IMG/VR virus record: IMGVR_UViG_3300014257_000015
Coordinates: 1-64,000 of that record
Reading direction: 5' to 3' (one strand)
DNA length: 64,000 bases
DNA from: a virus
Shown here: one piece after another, positions 30,136-39,595 of the stretch
Position numbering within the stretch: position 1 is the first letter of the stretch
How the letters are laid out: every line of letters starts with the position of its first letter
Position numbers and translations under genes: made by a program
The notes under the pieces: model-generated
The model's database searches: none
Seen by the model: only the letters and a program-made list of their open reading frames with translations
What the model was told of the DNA's origin: nothing

Positions 30136-31602
30136 ATGGGGATAACGCTCAGCATAGACAATCGATATGTCACGATTCGAGGCGCTTCGCGAAAGACAAT
30201 GCGCCTCATTGAATCGCTCACCAGCTACTTTGTCGCTGGGTTCATGTATTCGCCCGCATTCCGTTCGAGACGGTGGGATGGCCGTGAACACCTCCTACGA
30301 TTCAGTATGACGCATGGATACCGAGCACCCATAGGATTGCTGTTAGATGTGGCAGCTGCCCTTCGCGGACAAGGGCTGGACTTTGACGTTGATGTTTCAA
30401 AACGATTGCTCCCTGACCACAGAATTGAGTACGACTGGAACAATGAAATCACGTTGAGAAAGTATCAGCGCGAAGCCATCGCTGCGATCACGAAACCGGG
30501 AATCACACGCGGTTCGGGAATCGTCAAGATGCCCATACGCAGCGGAAAAACAAAAACAGCGGCCGGAATAATCCGGGCACTCGGCGTTCGGGCCTTCTTC
30601 TTTGTGCCCAGCCAGATGCTATTGTACCAAACGCGTGCAGCCCTCGAAGAAGCGTTGATGACGGACATCGGGATGATCGGTGATTCTGAATGGAACGAAC
30701 GAGATGTCACTGTGGCCACGATACAAACCATCACGAAGGCCCGAGGTGGCAAACGTAAGGACAAGCTCGGGAAGACAAAAAAACTTCCGAGAGATCCCCG
30801 ATACAAAGATTTGATCAGACGATATCCCCTTGTGTTGTTCGATGAATGCCACCACCTACGCGGCGACGCATGGCACGACACCATGATGGATTTTGATTCG
30901 GCATACAGAATAGGACTCAGCGCCACAGCATTTTTGGACAATGTTCGTGAAAATGAGAGAGGCGCAATTTGGTTGAAGGCTTGTTGTGGACGAATTCGTA
31001 TTGACATCCCGACTTCGAGGTTGATTGATGAAGGGTATTTGATGAAGCAAAATGTTGAGCTTCATGTGGTGCGAGAACCCGACCTTCACGCACATGGATG
31101 GAGCCAAGCGCTTCACAATGCCGCCGTCTATGAGAATGACACCAGAAATGAAATGATTGCATCTTTGGCCAAAGAGAAGGTCGATGAAGGGTTGTTCACG
31201 CTCATCGTAAGCAATCGCCTGAATCAGATATCGAGACTGGCCGATGCTCTTGAACAACGCGGCGTTTCATACCATGTCATTACAGGCGATGACAAAATAC
31301 ACACCAGAGAAATGCGCGTTGAAGAATTCAAGACTGGCGACGTCAAGGTGTTGCTCGGCACTGTGTTCGGCGAGGGCATAGACATCCCAGAGGTTGAATG
31401 CGTGATCAACGCCGAAGGCGGGCGTGACATCAAAGCAACGGTTCAACGCATGCGAAATCTCACCCCGCACAAAGGCAAGGACCACGCTGTGTTCATCGAT
31501 TTCATGGACATGACGAACAAGTATTTTGCGCAGCACTCAAAAGATCGTCTCGAAACCTACCGCTCTGAACCTGCTTTTGACGTAAAAATAGTTCAACGGT
31601 AA
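30136..31602 (+). CDS. Superfamily 2 DNA helicase (UvsW/XPB-like)
   Basis: LRKYQ, MPIRSGKT, DECHH, GLSAT, GEGIDIP, QRMR. Confidence 0.92.
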   Translation: MGITLSIDNRYVTIRGASRKTMRLIESLTSYFVAGFMYSPAFRSRRWDGREHLLRFSMTHGYRAPIGLLLDVAAALRGQGLDFDVDVSKRLLPDHRIEYDWNNEITLRKYQREAIAAITKPGITRGSGIVKMPIRSGKTKTAAGIIRALGVRAFFFVPSQMLLYQTRAALEEALMTDIGMIGDSEWNERDVTVATIQTITKARGGKRKDKLGKTKKLPRDPRYKDLIRRYPLVLFDECHHLRGDAWHDTMMDFDSAYRIGLSATAFLDNVRENERGAIWLKACCGRIRIDIPTSRLIDEGYLMKQNVELHVVREPDLHAHGWSQALHNAAVYENDTRNEMIASLAKEKVDEGLFTLIVSNRLNQISRLADALEQRGVSYHVITGDDKIHTREMRVEEFKTGDVKVLLGTVFGEGIDIPEVECVINAEGGRDIKATVQRMRNLTPHKGKDHAVFIDFMDMTNKYFAQHSKDRLETYRSEPAFDVKIVQR

Positions 31603-31645
31603 TCGCATCTTTCAGCTGCCACGTACGTTTCACGAAAGAAAACGC

Positions 31646-31674
31646 TTGCCCGCCGCCGATCGAGGCGTTAGGGT
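31646..31674 (+). promoter_or_regulatory. Putative sigma70-type promoter
   Basis: TTGCCC-17 bp-TAGGGT; predicted +1 near 31681, the first base of the structured RNA. Confidence 0.45.
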
Positions 31675-31680
31675 CACAGA

Positions 31681-31791
31681 GCTTTGAGGGTATCAAGCTA
31701 ACAATTCGATGTTGGTCCGCAACCGTGGCGCCGTTCGTCCAACCTTCAAAGCAAACCAGCGGCGTCTCGGTTGCGGCCATTTAGGCCGGGC
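31681..31791 (+). ncRNA. Putative structured (pseudoknotted) 5' leader or ncRNA
   Basis: Helix 31717-31735/31758-31776; its loop (31742-31752) is complementary to 31681-31691; extra hairpin 31697-31716; G-U pairs favour the + strand. Confidence 0.55.
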
Positions 31792-32127
31792 ATGAAAAAG
31801 GTAGCATCGAGAGATGAAGTGAAATCACCCGATGCTCAGCCTGTACCCATCGAAAAAGCCTACGAAGAATTAACACACGCTGCTTATGCTGTATGGACAT
31901 TGCTGATGGTGATCGGCGATGACGTATTGGTTGGCGGTCGAACAGATTTAGCAAAACACATCGGGCACTCCCAGTCCAGAACCAATGAGATATTGCGCGA
32001 GTTAAAAAACAAGGGATACATCCAATTGATTGGTGGAGAATCGATAGGCGAACCTACCAAAATACAATTGGAACTGTTGGCAATGATCAGTGGTCGAAAC
32101 CATTTCGTGAGGCTTTCCGATGGTTGA
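31792..32127 (+). CDS. Winged-HTH DNA-binding protein (possible initiator N-terminal domain)
   Basis: RTDLAKHIGHSQSRTNEILRELKNKGYI. Confidence 0.75.
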   Translation: MKKVASRDEVKSPDAQPVPIEKAYEELTHAAYAVWTLLMVIGDDVLVGGRTDLAKHIGHSQSRTNEILRELKNKGYIQLIGGESIGEPTKIQLELLAMISGRNHFVRLSDG

Positions 32128-32347
32128 TTGGAATGATAGAAGATACGCCAATCAACCATTCAATTCCCATAGTCTGTTGTATCAACTCCAATCGCATAAA
32201 ATACCAATCTATTGGTTTTCCAATCAAAAATTGGAATTCAAATTACACAAGACTATGGTTATAACGATTGGAGTGCTATTTCAAAACTCCAATCGCCATC
32301 AAAATTCACACTTTAACAATCGGTGGAAAATTAACAACAACTCCAAT
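32021..32347. repeat. Cluster of (T)CCAAT/ATTGG(A) direct and inverted repeats in AT-rich DNA; putative replication origin
   Basis: ACCAAT-ct-ATTGGT 32203-32216; TTCCAAT-5-ATTGGAA 32218-32236; CGATTGGAGT-11-ACTCCAATCG 32265-32295; CTCCAAT at 32186 and 32341. Confidence 0.6.
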
Positions 32348-32743
32348 ATGAAGTTACTGTGCAAACTGAACATTGCGTTATGTTATTTGTATGGCTATTT
32401 TTCACATCAGCAATTCGGTGGGAAATCATTCCACCATCATTCTGCGCACCTAGTGGCGGAGCGACTCGAATTTGAACAAGTTACATCTGGTGGACAACTC
32501 GAATACGATCACACAACTTTGTGTTCATCGAAGGCTGTTTCACAGCACATCTATAAACCCATATCTCATGCAAAAAGTGCAGTGAATTTTGCCACTTTCT
32601 CCAATTTTGCAAATTTTGTGTTTCCACCACACCACAACTCAAAATCGTACACAAGATGTTGTGTATTTTTAACAACTCTGGCATGTTCTGTAATTTATTT
32701 CTTGTATCACAGAAATATAAACACAAGAACATGGAAAGGATGA
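32120..32743 (+). CDS. AT-rich ORF of doubtful coding status
   Basis: 207 open codons with atypical N/H/F composition; same frame as 32750-33931. Confidence 0.3.
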   Translation: MVDWNDRRYANQPFNSHSLLYQLQSHKIPIYWFSNQKLEFKLHKTMVITIGVLFQNSNRHQNSHFNNRWKINNNSNMKLLCKLNIALCYLYGYFSHQQFGGKSFHHHSAHLVAERLEFEQVTSGGQLEYDHTTLCSSKAVSQHIYKPISHAKSAVNFATFSNFANFVFPPHHNSKSYTRCCVFLTTLACSVIYFLYHRNINTRTWKG

Positions 32744-32749
32744 ACGACT

Positions 32750-33931
32750 ATGGGTGGACAGTGTGGAAAGTCAAAAACTGGGAGTTTTTCCAGGTTGAAA
32801 TCGGTGGCAGCATTGGAATCCAAGATTGGAATGGCAATCTCCAAGCTGACAATTGGTGACGACGGAAAGTCATCAATAGTGTTAGTACGAACAAGGATTC
32901 CACCACCACCAACTGATTCTGAACAAGAAGAAGACGATCGAGAAGGCGACAAACCGAACCAACCATCAGTAACCAGCAAGGTTACTGGCACCGATAGCAG
33001 GCAGTCTATAGTTAGTAAAAATACGTCAAATCAACCAGAAAATACACTGGAACGAGAATTCAATCCAATACGTGGCCGGAAAACAGATAATGGGCAAAAA
33101 AAAATACCCCACCCTATTCATAAATATATAGATTCTTTATCTAGTAAAAACAGTTCAGGAAAAAAGAAAGTAAACCAATCAGAGAAAAACCAAAAAGGAA
33201 AGGAAACGGGGCAGGGCAAAAAAATTGGAATCAAGAATCTCGATTGGGACAAGATTGATTTGACTGGAAAGCCTGCGTTCAGATGGGACATGTGCGATGA
33301 AGACCGCGTGAAGGTGAAACACATACTCGCCCGCCCAGCACGTGATTGGGGTGCTCGCCAACTGACCAACAAGCTCACATCTGAGTTCAGGCGCTATTAC
33401 ACCAGGTACAGAATCGAGGTCTTGAAAGCCAAGGGATGTCAACCGCAAGGCTACACATTCATGGATCGTGAAGTGCGCTACGCTCGGCAATGCGCAATCC
33501 TATGCGTTGTGAAAGGCGTAACACCGCGACAGTTGCTTGAATACTGGCACGTCAACATTGGGAATTTTGCCGACAGGAAAATGAAGATCCCGCCCATTGC
33601 GTTCCTTGCTTGCCCAGCGAACATCGACTCAGTAGCCTGCGCCGTCGATGCACAGCAGGAAGAAGCGTGTAAAAAATGGCGTCCTGGAGACTTTACGCGC
33701 CAAGTCACAAATCACGGCTTCAGCGACGAGAGCACGCTTCACAAAGATCTGCGTCGGACCATCGAAGCGGCGGGCATTGACACTCGTGAGTATGACGACA
33801 GGTTCCTGCTTTCGGTGCAACATGCTGCCCGGGCGAAAGCTCGGGGGACAAGCATTTTTATCAGCAACACAATGAAACCAATGGTGAAAGCGGTTTTGAA
33901 GTTGTTTCGCGAGGTTGAGGATGAGGACTGA
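32750..33931 (+). CDS. Putative replication initiator (start uncertain)
   Basis: Directly upstream of and overlapping the DnaC-like loader; disordered basic N-half, globular C-half. Confidence 0.5.
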   Translation: MGGQCGKSKTGSFSRLKSVAALESKIGMAISKLTIGDDGKSSIVLVRTRIPPPPTDSEQEEDDREGDKPNQPSVTSKVTGTDSRQSIVSKNTSNQPENTLEREFNPIRGRKTDNGQKKIPHPIHKYIDSLSSKNSSGKKKVNQSEKNQKGKETGQGKKIGIKNLDWDKIDLTGKPAFRWDMCDEDRVKVKHILARPARDWGARQLTNKLTSEFRRYYTRYRIEVLKAKGCQPQGYTFMDREVRYARQCAILCVVKGVTPRQLLEYWHVNIGNFADRKMKIPPIAFLACPANIDSVACAVDAQQEEACKKWRPGDFTRQVTNHGFSDESTLHKDLRRTIEAAGIDTREYDDRFLLSVQHAARAKARGTSIFISNTMKPMVKAVLKLFREVEDED

Positions 33932-34646
33932 AACAGAGGTGGAGGAATTCAAGGCACAGGCCCAGGATGCGTACATCCTCAGATGCAAGGTGTGTGGCGG
34001 GGATGATCCGGCTTGTTCTTGTAATGTGAAATTTCGCATTGCTGTCGCGGCGTATGAGGCCGGGATACCAAGGCTATTTTGGAACAAAACGTCCAAAAAT
34101 GTCCGCCGTAACAAGAGCATCTTCAATGGTGTGGTGGCTCCATATGTTGAGCGTTTGAAGAAAGCGCGTCTTCACGGATATGGGTTGTTGTTCGTTGGGG
34201 ACAATGGAACTGGGAAGACAATGTTTGCGACGTATGTGTTGATGGAGGCGATACGCAAGGGATACACGGCATACTACACAACAATGCCACAATTGGATTG
34301 GGATATCAAGGCCGGATTCAAAGAGCACAAGGCCGAAGATCGGCTAAACTGGCTGTTGTCGTCTGACTTTGTGGCTATTGACGAAATGGGGAAAGAACGA
34401 CACGGGAAGAATCCCAACGACACATACTTGAACACCCAGGTGGAAAGGATTCTGAAGCAGCGATGTGATGACGATATGCCGTTACTGTTGGCCACGAACA
34501 TGAATACCAATGACCTGTTCGAGCACTATGGGCCGACTGTTGAGTCAATGGTGGGAGGAAAATTCCAGGTAGCGGCGTTGACACCGGGTGACTATCGAAA
34601 ACGACTTCAGAAGCAGATGCAAAAAGACATGGGATATGGCGAATGA
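33921..34646 (+). CDS. DnaC/IstB-like helicase loader ATPase
   Basis: CKVC…CSC Zn motif, GDNGTGKT, IDEMGKE, ATNM. Confidence 0.85.
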   Translation: MRTETEVEEFKAQAQDAYILRCKVCGGDDPACSCNVKFRIAVAAYEAGIPRLFWNKTSKNVRRNKSIFNGVVAPYVERLKKARLHGYGLLFVGDNGTGKTMFATYVLMEAIRKGYTAYYTTMPQLDWDIKAGFKEHKAEDRLNWLLSSDFVAIDEMGKERHGKNPNDTYLNTQVERILKQRCDDDMPLLLATNMNTNDLFEHYGPTVESMVGGKFQVAALTPGDYRKRLQKQMQKDMGYGE

Positions 34647-36028
34647 CAGTGAAGTTTGACAAGGATTTTGAAGAAGACGTGTTGGCCTGTGCGTTGCTTG
34701 ACACGGCGTATTTGAAATCAGCGTCGAGACTTTTGGAAGCTCACCACTTCCACTCAAAGCAGCACGGGTGGATTTGGTCAACGATGAAGAAAATATGGGA
34801 GGTGCACAAGGAACGCGCCACCGGGAAGTTGATTGTTGCGCACGCCCGTAGGGATTGGCCGGATGATGAAGAGCGCGAGACGGTGATCGAGCTGGCTCGC
34901 AAGGTGATCAAACTTCGTCCAGCCGCTGGCAAAGCGACGTTGGAAGAATTGGCGAAGTTTGTGAAATTCGCCTCTGCGCAAATGGCACTAGAGGCGAGCG
35001 CGAAGGCTTTGGAAAAGGGCGACGTTGATGATGCGTACAATGAGTTGCGTCGCTGCGTTCGCAAGAACATTGACCCGAAGGCGTACAGCCACATACCATG
35101 GTACGAGGGGTTGGCTGAACGAATGGCTGACCGCAAGTATCGCAAGGAACACCCAGAGGAATTCCCGCGCGTCCCTACTGGATTTGATAGATTGGATAGG
35201 ATATTGAGTGGCGGGTTGGAAATAGCTGAGATGGGTATGGTGCTCGGAACGACAGGAAAGGGGAAGTCAATCTGTCTCACCAACATGTGTTATTCTGGTG
35301 TTGTGAAAGGAATTCCATCGGCGTATTTTTCAATGGAAATGCCTGCGTCGCAAATTGGAATGAGACACGACGCACGCTGGCTGAAAATACCGTATCGCAA
35401 GCTGAAAGAATTCGATTTCACGAAGGTTGAGATTGATGAGATATCACGAAAGCGTCGCAGATTCAGAAAAAAATTCGAGAACATGCTTCACATCATCGCC
35501 ACCCCGCTGAGACAATGCACCCTCGATACCATCCGATTTGCCCTCGATGATCTGTATTCTGACTACAAGTTTCGCCCCAGGGCTGTTTACCTGGATTCAG
35601 CAGACCACATGAGCCCGATCACAATGGGTGCTCGCGAGGAATATCGCTTGCGCCAAGCCGCCGTGTACTGGGAAGTTGCTGACTGGTGCGGCGAAGAGGG
35701 GATTGCTGTGTGGACATCGACGCACGCCGGGCGTGATTGGGCTGATAAGATCGCTGAAGTTGAATCAGCGGGCGAAAGCTATGACAAGGCGCGAATTGTT
35801 GATGTGGCGTTTTCATTGAATCGACCAAAAAAGAAAACACGCTCGTCTGTTGTGACGGATGATGACGATGATGGCGAGGAAGTAAAATCACGCTGCAAGG
35901 GCGATTACATGGAGTTGCGATTGGGAAAGTATCGCGATGGAAAGAGCTTGATCACCATTCCAATCGATGCTGACTTTGCGATGATGCACATGTCTGAGAT
36001 CGAGGAAGATGAAGAGGAAGAAGCATAA
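34643..36028 (+). CDS. Replicative SF4 (DnaB-like) helicase
   Basis: PTGFDRLD..LSGG, GTTGKGKS, FSMEM, YLDSAD, KYRDG. Confidence 0.88.
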   Translation: MTVKFDKDFEEDVLACALLDTAYLKSASRLLEAHHFHSKQHGWIWSTMKKIWEVHKERATGKLIVAHARRDWPDDEERETVIELARKVIKLRPAAGKATLEELAKFVKFASAQMALEASAKALEKGDVDDAYNELRRCVRKNIDPKAYSHIPWYEGLAERMADRKYRKEHPEEFPRVPTGFDRLDRILSGGLEIAEMGMVLGTTGKGKSICLTNMCYSGVVKGIPSAYFSMEMPASQIGMRHDARWLKIPYRKLKEFDFTKVEIDEISRKRRRFRKKFENMLHIIATPLRQCTLDTIRFALDDLYSDYKFRPRAVYLDSADHMSPITMGAREEYRLRQAAVYWEVADWCGEEGIAVWTSTHAGRDWADKIAEVESAGESYDKARIVDVAFSLNRPKKKTRSSVVTDDDDDGEEVKSRCKGDYMELRLGKYRDGKSLITIPIDADFAMMHMSEIEEDEEEEA

Positions 36029-36558
36029 TGAGCACGAAGATTTACTATGCTTGTAGGGTGCGAATTCCACAGTTGAATCGGTTGATTGATTTCATGCGTG
36101 ATCAAATGTTTCGCCTTGCGGCTGATATGTTCTCTCGCAGTTATGGCCTGGAACTTGGTGAAGATCAGAAGACAGCGTTCAATCGTGCATTTGATCAACT
36201 TGCAAGCACCCCAGAAGAGTTTCGGAATATTGATCTGGAGTGCGGGTTGAACGTCTGGATTCATGGGCATTACTCGTACATCATTCCAATAGCAACAAAA
36301 GCAATTCTTCGTGAAATTCATTGGCCTGAATTTGCAGAAGATTACAGTTATTGGAACAACACAGAAGAACCGGATGGTGTGACGCGCTCCCAATGGGCAA
36401 ATCGTGGAAAGACTTGGGGGAGAATAAATTGCGGAGAAGGTATTTCAGATCACAACGCGCGCCGAATGTACCACGCTGTTGTTGAGTTTCAGGGGAATGA
36501 TTGGGGCGTAAGGCGTGAGTTGGCTATGAGAATGAACATTGTTGGATATGGGGAATGA
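36028..36558 (+). CDS. Hypothetical protein
   Basis: TAATG coupling; DYSYWNNT..PDG…W..R…W phage family pattern. Confidence 0.7.
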   Translation: MSTKIYYACRVRIPQLNRLIDFMRDQMFRLAADMFSRSYGLELGEDQKTAFNRAFDQLASTPEEFRNIDLECGLNVWIHGHYSYIIPIATKAILREIHWPEFAEDYSYWNNTEEPDGVTRSQWANRGKTWGRINCGEGISDHNARRMYHAVVEFQGNDWGVRRELAMRMNIVGYGE

Positions 36559-37036
36559 TTTGATGCCGCGTGTCGTGAGTTTCCCTCTGTTGGATGTGTA
36601 TTCAAAGTTGGCACGTGGTTTGATCACTGTGGAAGAGTTTGCGAATGAAACACGAGGCGACGGGTTAAAGCCTGTGGTGAAAGAAGTTGGAGTTTTGGAA
36701 ATGAGCAAAAGAGAAGACACCAGACAAATTGACATTGACGGAATCGTTGTGGAGAGGATCATTGATGTAATAGCCAGGGCGATTTCCACAGATAGAAAGG
36801 CTGTTGAAATACTTTTGTCTGTTCGGGTGCCTTGCTCCGAAGATTTGACGCAAGATCCATCCATTCAGACAGAGCGCGATGCGGACGGCGATCCAATTTT
36901 GACTGTAAAAGGGTTGCTGGCCGGGATAGCCGGTTGCCACGAAGGCGGGGAACCGAAGTTGTCTTTTGTGTACAGGACTGAAGACGAAAAACACAGACCA
37001 TCATTTCTACTCGGGGTGGAGTCGGTGCGACAGTGA
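36548..37036 (+). CDS. Hypothetical protein
   Basis: Overlaps both neighbours; start uncertain. Confidence 0.55.
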   Translation: MGNDLMPRVVSFPLLDVYSKLARGLITVEEFANETRGDGLKPVVKEVGVLEMSKREDTRQIDIDGIVVERIIDVIARAISTDRKAVEILLSVRVPCSEDLTQDPSIQTERDADGDPILTVKGLLAGIAGCHEGGEPKLSFVYRTEDEKHRPSFLLGVESVRQ

Positions 37037-37716
37037 GCAAAGTCAGATTGATTTTGGATGACGCCATCGCGGGCATCCAGCGGCTCGAAGATTCTAGTGT
37101 GGATTTGGTGCTGACAGATCCGCCGTATGAGTCGTTGGAAAAGTGGAGGGCGACGGGAACCACAACACGATTGCGCCATAGCAAGATGAGCTCGAATGAT
37201 TGGTTTGAAATCTTTCCGAACGAAAGATTCAATGGGCTGTTCGCCGAATGTTTTCGTGTGATGAAAACGGGTTCGCATTTATACATGTTCTGTGACGATG
37301 AAACCAGCGATATTGCGAAGGCAGAGATGGTGTCTGCTGGTTTTTGTGTTTGGAAACGGCTGGTGTGGGATAAGAGGGTGATTAGCACGGGCTATCACTA
37401 CCGAAACCAGCATGAGTTCATTTTGTTCGCAGAAAAGGGACACCGCAATCTGAATGACCGATCGATCCCGTCGATTTTGCGGTGCAAACGCATCGCGAAA
37501 GGGTACCCGGCTGAAAAGCCGGTTGAGCTTCAAAACATCCTCGTGTCACAGTCCGCTTCCGAGGGCGATGTGTTGCTGGATCCGTTTTGTGGTTCTGCGT
37601 CCAGCGGCGAAGCGGCGTTGAATTTTGGGCTAGACTATATTGGCGTGGATATCAGCGAGAAGGCATTGAAGATCGCTGTGAAGAGGCTAAAAGGCAAGGG
37701 CGCACGTGTCATTTAA
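37033..37716 (+). CDS. DNA methyltransferase, N6-A/N4-C, beta class
   Basis: LVLTDPPY before P.EKP…LDPFCGS. Confidence 0.9.
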   Translation: MSKVRLILDDAIAGIQRLEDSSVDLVLTDPPYESLEKWRATGTTTRLRHSKMSSNDWFEIFPNERFNGLFAECFRVMKTGSHLYMFCDDETSDIAKAEMVSAGFCVWKRLVWDKRVISTGYHYRNQHEFILFAEKGHRNLNDRSIPSILRCKRIAKGYPAEKPVELQNILVSQSASEGDVLLDPFCGSASSGEAALNFGLDYIGVDISEKALKIAVKRLKGKGARVI

Positions 37717-38725
37717 TGTGGCAGATTATGCTTCGTCGAAGCTTGAAGGCGTTCGGATAGGCGCAGGTGGCGAAATCAACGCTACGTGCCCGTTCTGTGG
37801 CAAGTCAGGTGGTTTTTACATCAACCCGAAGACTGGCGCGTACATCTGTCACAAGCTTCACTGTGATCAACGCGGTCGCACCATCGTCGGCCTCATCGCA
37901 CACGTTGAAGGGATTTCCAGGGCTGAGGCATACGGGTGGCTTTTCAAGGAGTCGGTGCGATGGTCAAGGCGTGAAGAGACGCCCGAGACGTTGCTAGACA
38001 AGATACGAGAATTGCGAGACATCGAAGGCGACGAAGAAGATGAGTTGGTGGAAGCGCCTTTGCCCGTCGGATTCAAGAGCGTATGGGATGCAAAAAAAGG
38101 ATGTTGGCGATACCCGAGTTATTTGAAGCAGCGTGGAATCAAAAAGAAAACGGCGAAAGAGTGGGGGATTGGATACTGTGACAAGGGCCGTTTCGGCGGT
38201 CGAATCATCATACCAATCGATTGTCCCAATGGACACAGCTTTACCGCAAGGGACGCGACAGGAGAACAACAACCCAAATACCTCAATCCAACTGGTGTTG
38301 ATCACGGGCGCCTTCTCCTCGGTTGGAATCAATGCGAATTGGATGGGGATGTGGTGTTGGTAGAGGGGCCGTTGGATGTGATCACGATGTGGCAGCACGG
38401 TATTTCTAGCATGGCATTGCTCGGGAAAGTGTTGCACCCAGCGCAACTCGCCATGTTGTTCAAAAAGCCTCTTGATTCTGCGATAACTGTCCTGTTAGAC
38501 CCAGATCAGCCAGCTGCCCCCTATGACGTGGCGAAACAATTGACATGTCGATTCGATCACGTGTATGTCGCTCGATTACCTGACGGGGTTGACCCTGGCG
38601 AATCGACGTTGGAGCAGGCGAAAAAAGCTGTGTCAAATGCAAAGAAATACAAGGGTGAGCGGAATCCAGCATTGATGGCTAGATTGGAATCGGTGCAGAA
38701 AAAATTGGAAAACATGTATGGGTGA
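37706..38725 (+). CDS. DNA primase (Zn finger plus TOPRIM)
   Basis: CPFC…CHKLHC; KYLN; VEGPLD; LLDPD; DPG. Confidence 0.88.
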   Translation: MSFNVADYASSKLEGVRIGAGGEINATCPFCGKSGGFYINPKTGAYICHKLHCDQRGRTIVGLIAHVEGISRAEAYGWLFKESVRWSRREETPETLLDKIRELRDIEGDEEDELVEAPLPVGFKSVWDAKKGCWRYPSYLKQRGIKKKTAKEWGIGYCDKGRFGGRIIIPIDCPNGHSFTARDATGEQQPKYLNPTGVDHGRLLLGWNQCELDGDVVLVEGPLDVITMWQHGISSMALLGKVLHPAQLAMLFKKPLDSAITVLLDPDQPAAPYDVAKQLTCRFDHVYVARLPDGVDPGESTLEQAKKAVSNAKKYKGERNPALMARLESVQKKLENMYG

Positions 38726-38726
38726 A

Positions 38727-38755
38727 AGGTACTTTCAATCCAAAAAAAAGTACCT
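38727..38755. other. 9-bp inverted repeat after primase (possible terminator or operator)
   Basis: AGGTACTTT-11-AAAGTACCT. Confidence 0.4.
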
Positions 38756-38772
38756 CTGTACGTCGATTTTGG

Positions 38773-38801
38773 TCGACTTCCAATTCAATTGGAGCTAGAA
38801 T
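38773..38801 (+). promoter_or_regulatory. Sigma70-type promoter with a palindromic operator in the spacer
   Basis: TCGACT-17-TAGAAT; spacer contains TCCAATT-C-AATTGGA. Confidence 0.55.
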
Positions 38802-38831
38802 CATAATATAACGAAACGAAAGGAACCGGCC

Positions 38832-39236
38832 ATGAAGATCACGATCAAAGACGATTTCGCAGGGAACATCGAAGTCGACACGTACAGAAGAGACAAAGTG
38901 GTATACAAAAAGGGCGCAATGATTTGTTTCGTAGCGCCTTGGTCTAATTCGGGGTGCCCGCTTACCCTTTCGATTTCCATATGTCCAGATGGCTCTATTT
39001 TGCATCGAGGTTGGAGTTGGACTGGCGATCGTGCTTGCAATTATCTCCATACGACAGCCAAGGCAGAAGACGTTGAGGTCACTTCGGAGATGGAAGAAAC
39101 TTTGGCAGGGCTTTGGAGCGGTCGCATCAAGGTGGACGGAATCAAGATCGCCGTGGGAGCAACGCCACAACGCATTTGTCCAATCAATCTCGATGATGAA
39201 GAGAAACGAGCAGGCAAAAAATTATTTGTGGCTTAA
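38832..39236 (+). CDS. Hypothetical protein
   Basis: AAAGGA RBS; 134 aa. Confidence 0.65.
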   Translation: MKITIKDDFAGNIEVDTYRRDKVVYKKGAMICFVAPWSNSGCPLTLSISICPDGSILHRGWSWTGDRACNYLHTTAKAEDVEVTSEMEETLAGLWSGRIKVDGIKIAVGATPQRICPINLDDEEKRAGKKLFVA

Positions 39237-39259
39237 CAAATCAGCCAGGAGAATCGGCC

Positions 39260-39595
39260 ATGTCGCAGAAAATCCAAATCAACGAAAAAGTCAGTCTGGT
39301 CATGAACCAATGGACGAAGCATAGCCGAAGCATCATAGTTGTGAGCCTACAAGACGGCTATTGGATTGAAATCAACGTTTCACAACACACTCGTTGGAAA
39401 GACAGCGCTCCAGAAGAAGTGAAGATCAATTGGCCAGCTATTGGCGGAACGACTGTTAAAAATACACAGGAGTTCATGTCATTGTTGTCGATAGCAGCAT
39501 TCGTGGCCACCAAAATTGAATCTATCAGCGAATGGAAAGAAGTTGAAAACATCGAAGAGATCTTTGGTACAAAGATTGGCGGCGAGGTGAAATGA
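39260..39595 (+). CDS. Hypothetical protein
   Basis: AGGAG RBS; 111 aa. Confidence 0.65.
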   Translation: MSQKIQINEKVSLVMNQWTKHSRSIIVVSLQDGYWIEINVSQHTRWKDSAPEEVKINWPAIGGTTVKNTQEFMSLLSIAAFVATKIESISEWKEVENIEEIFGTKIGGEVK

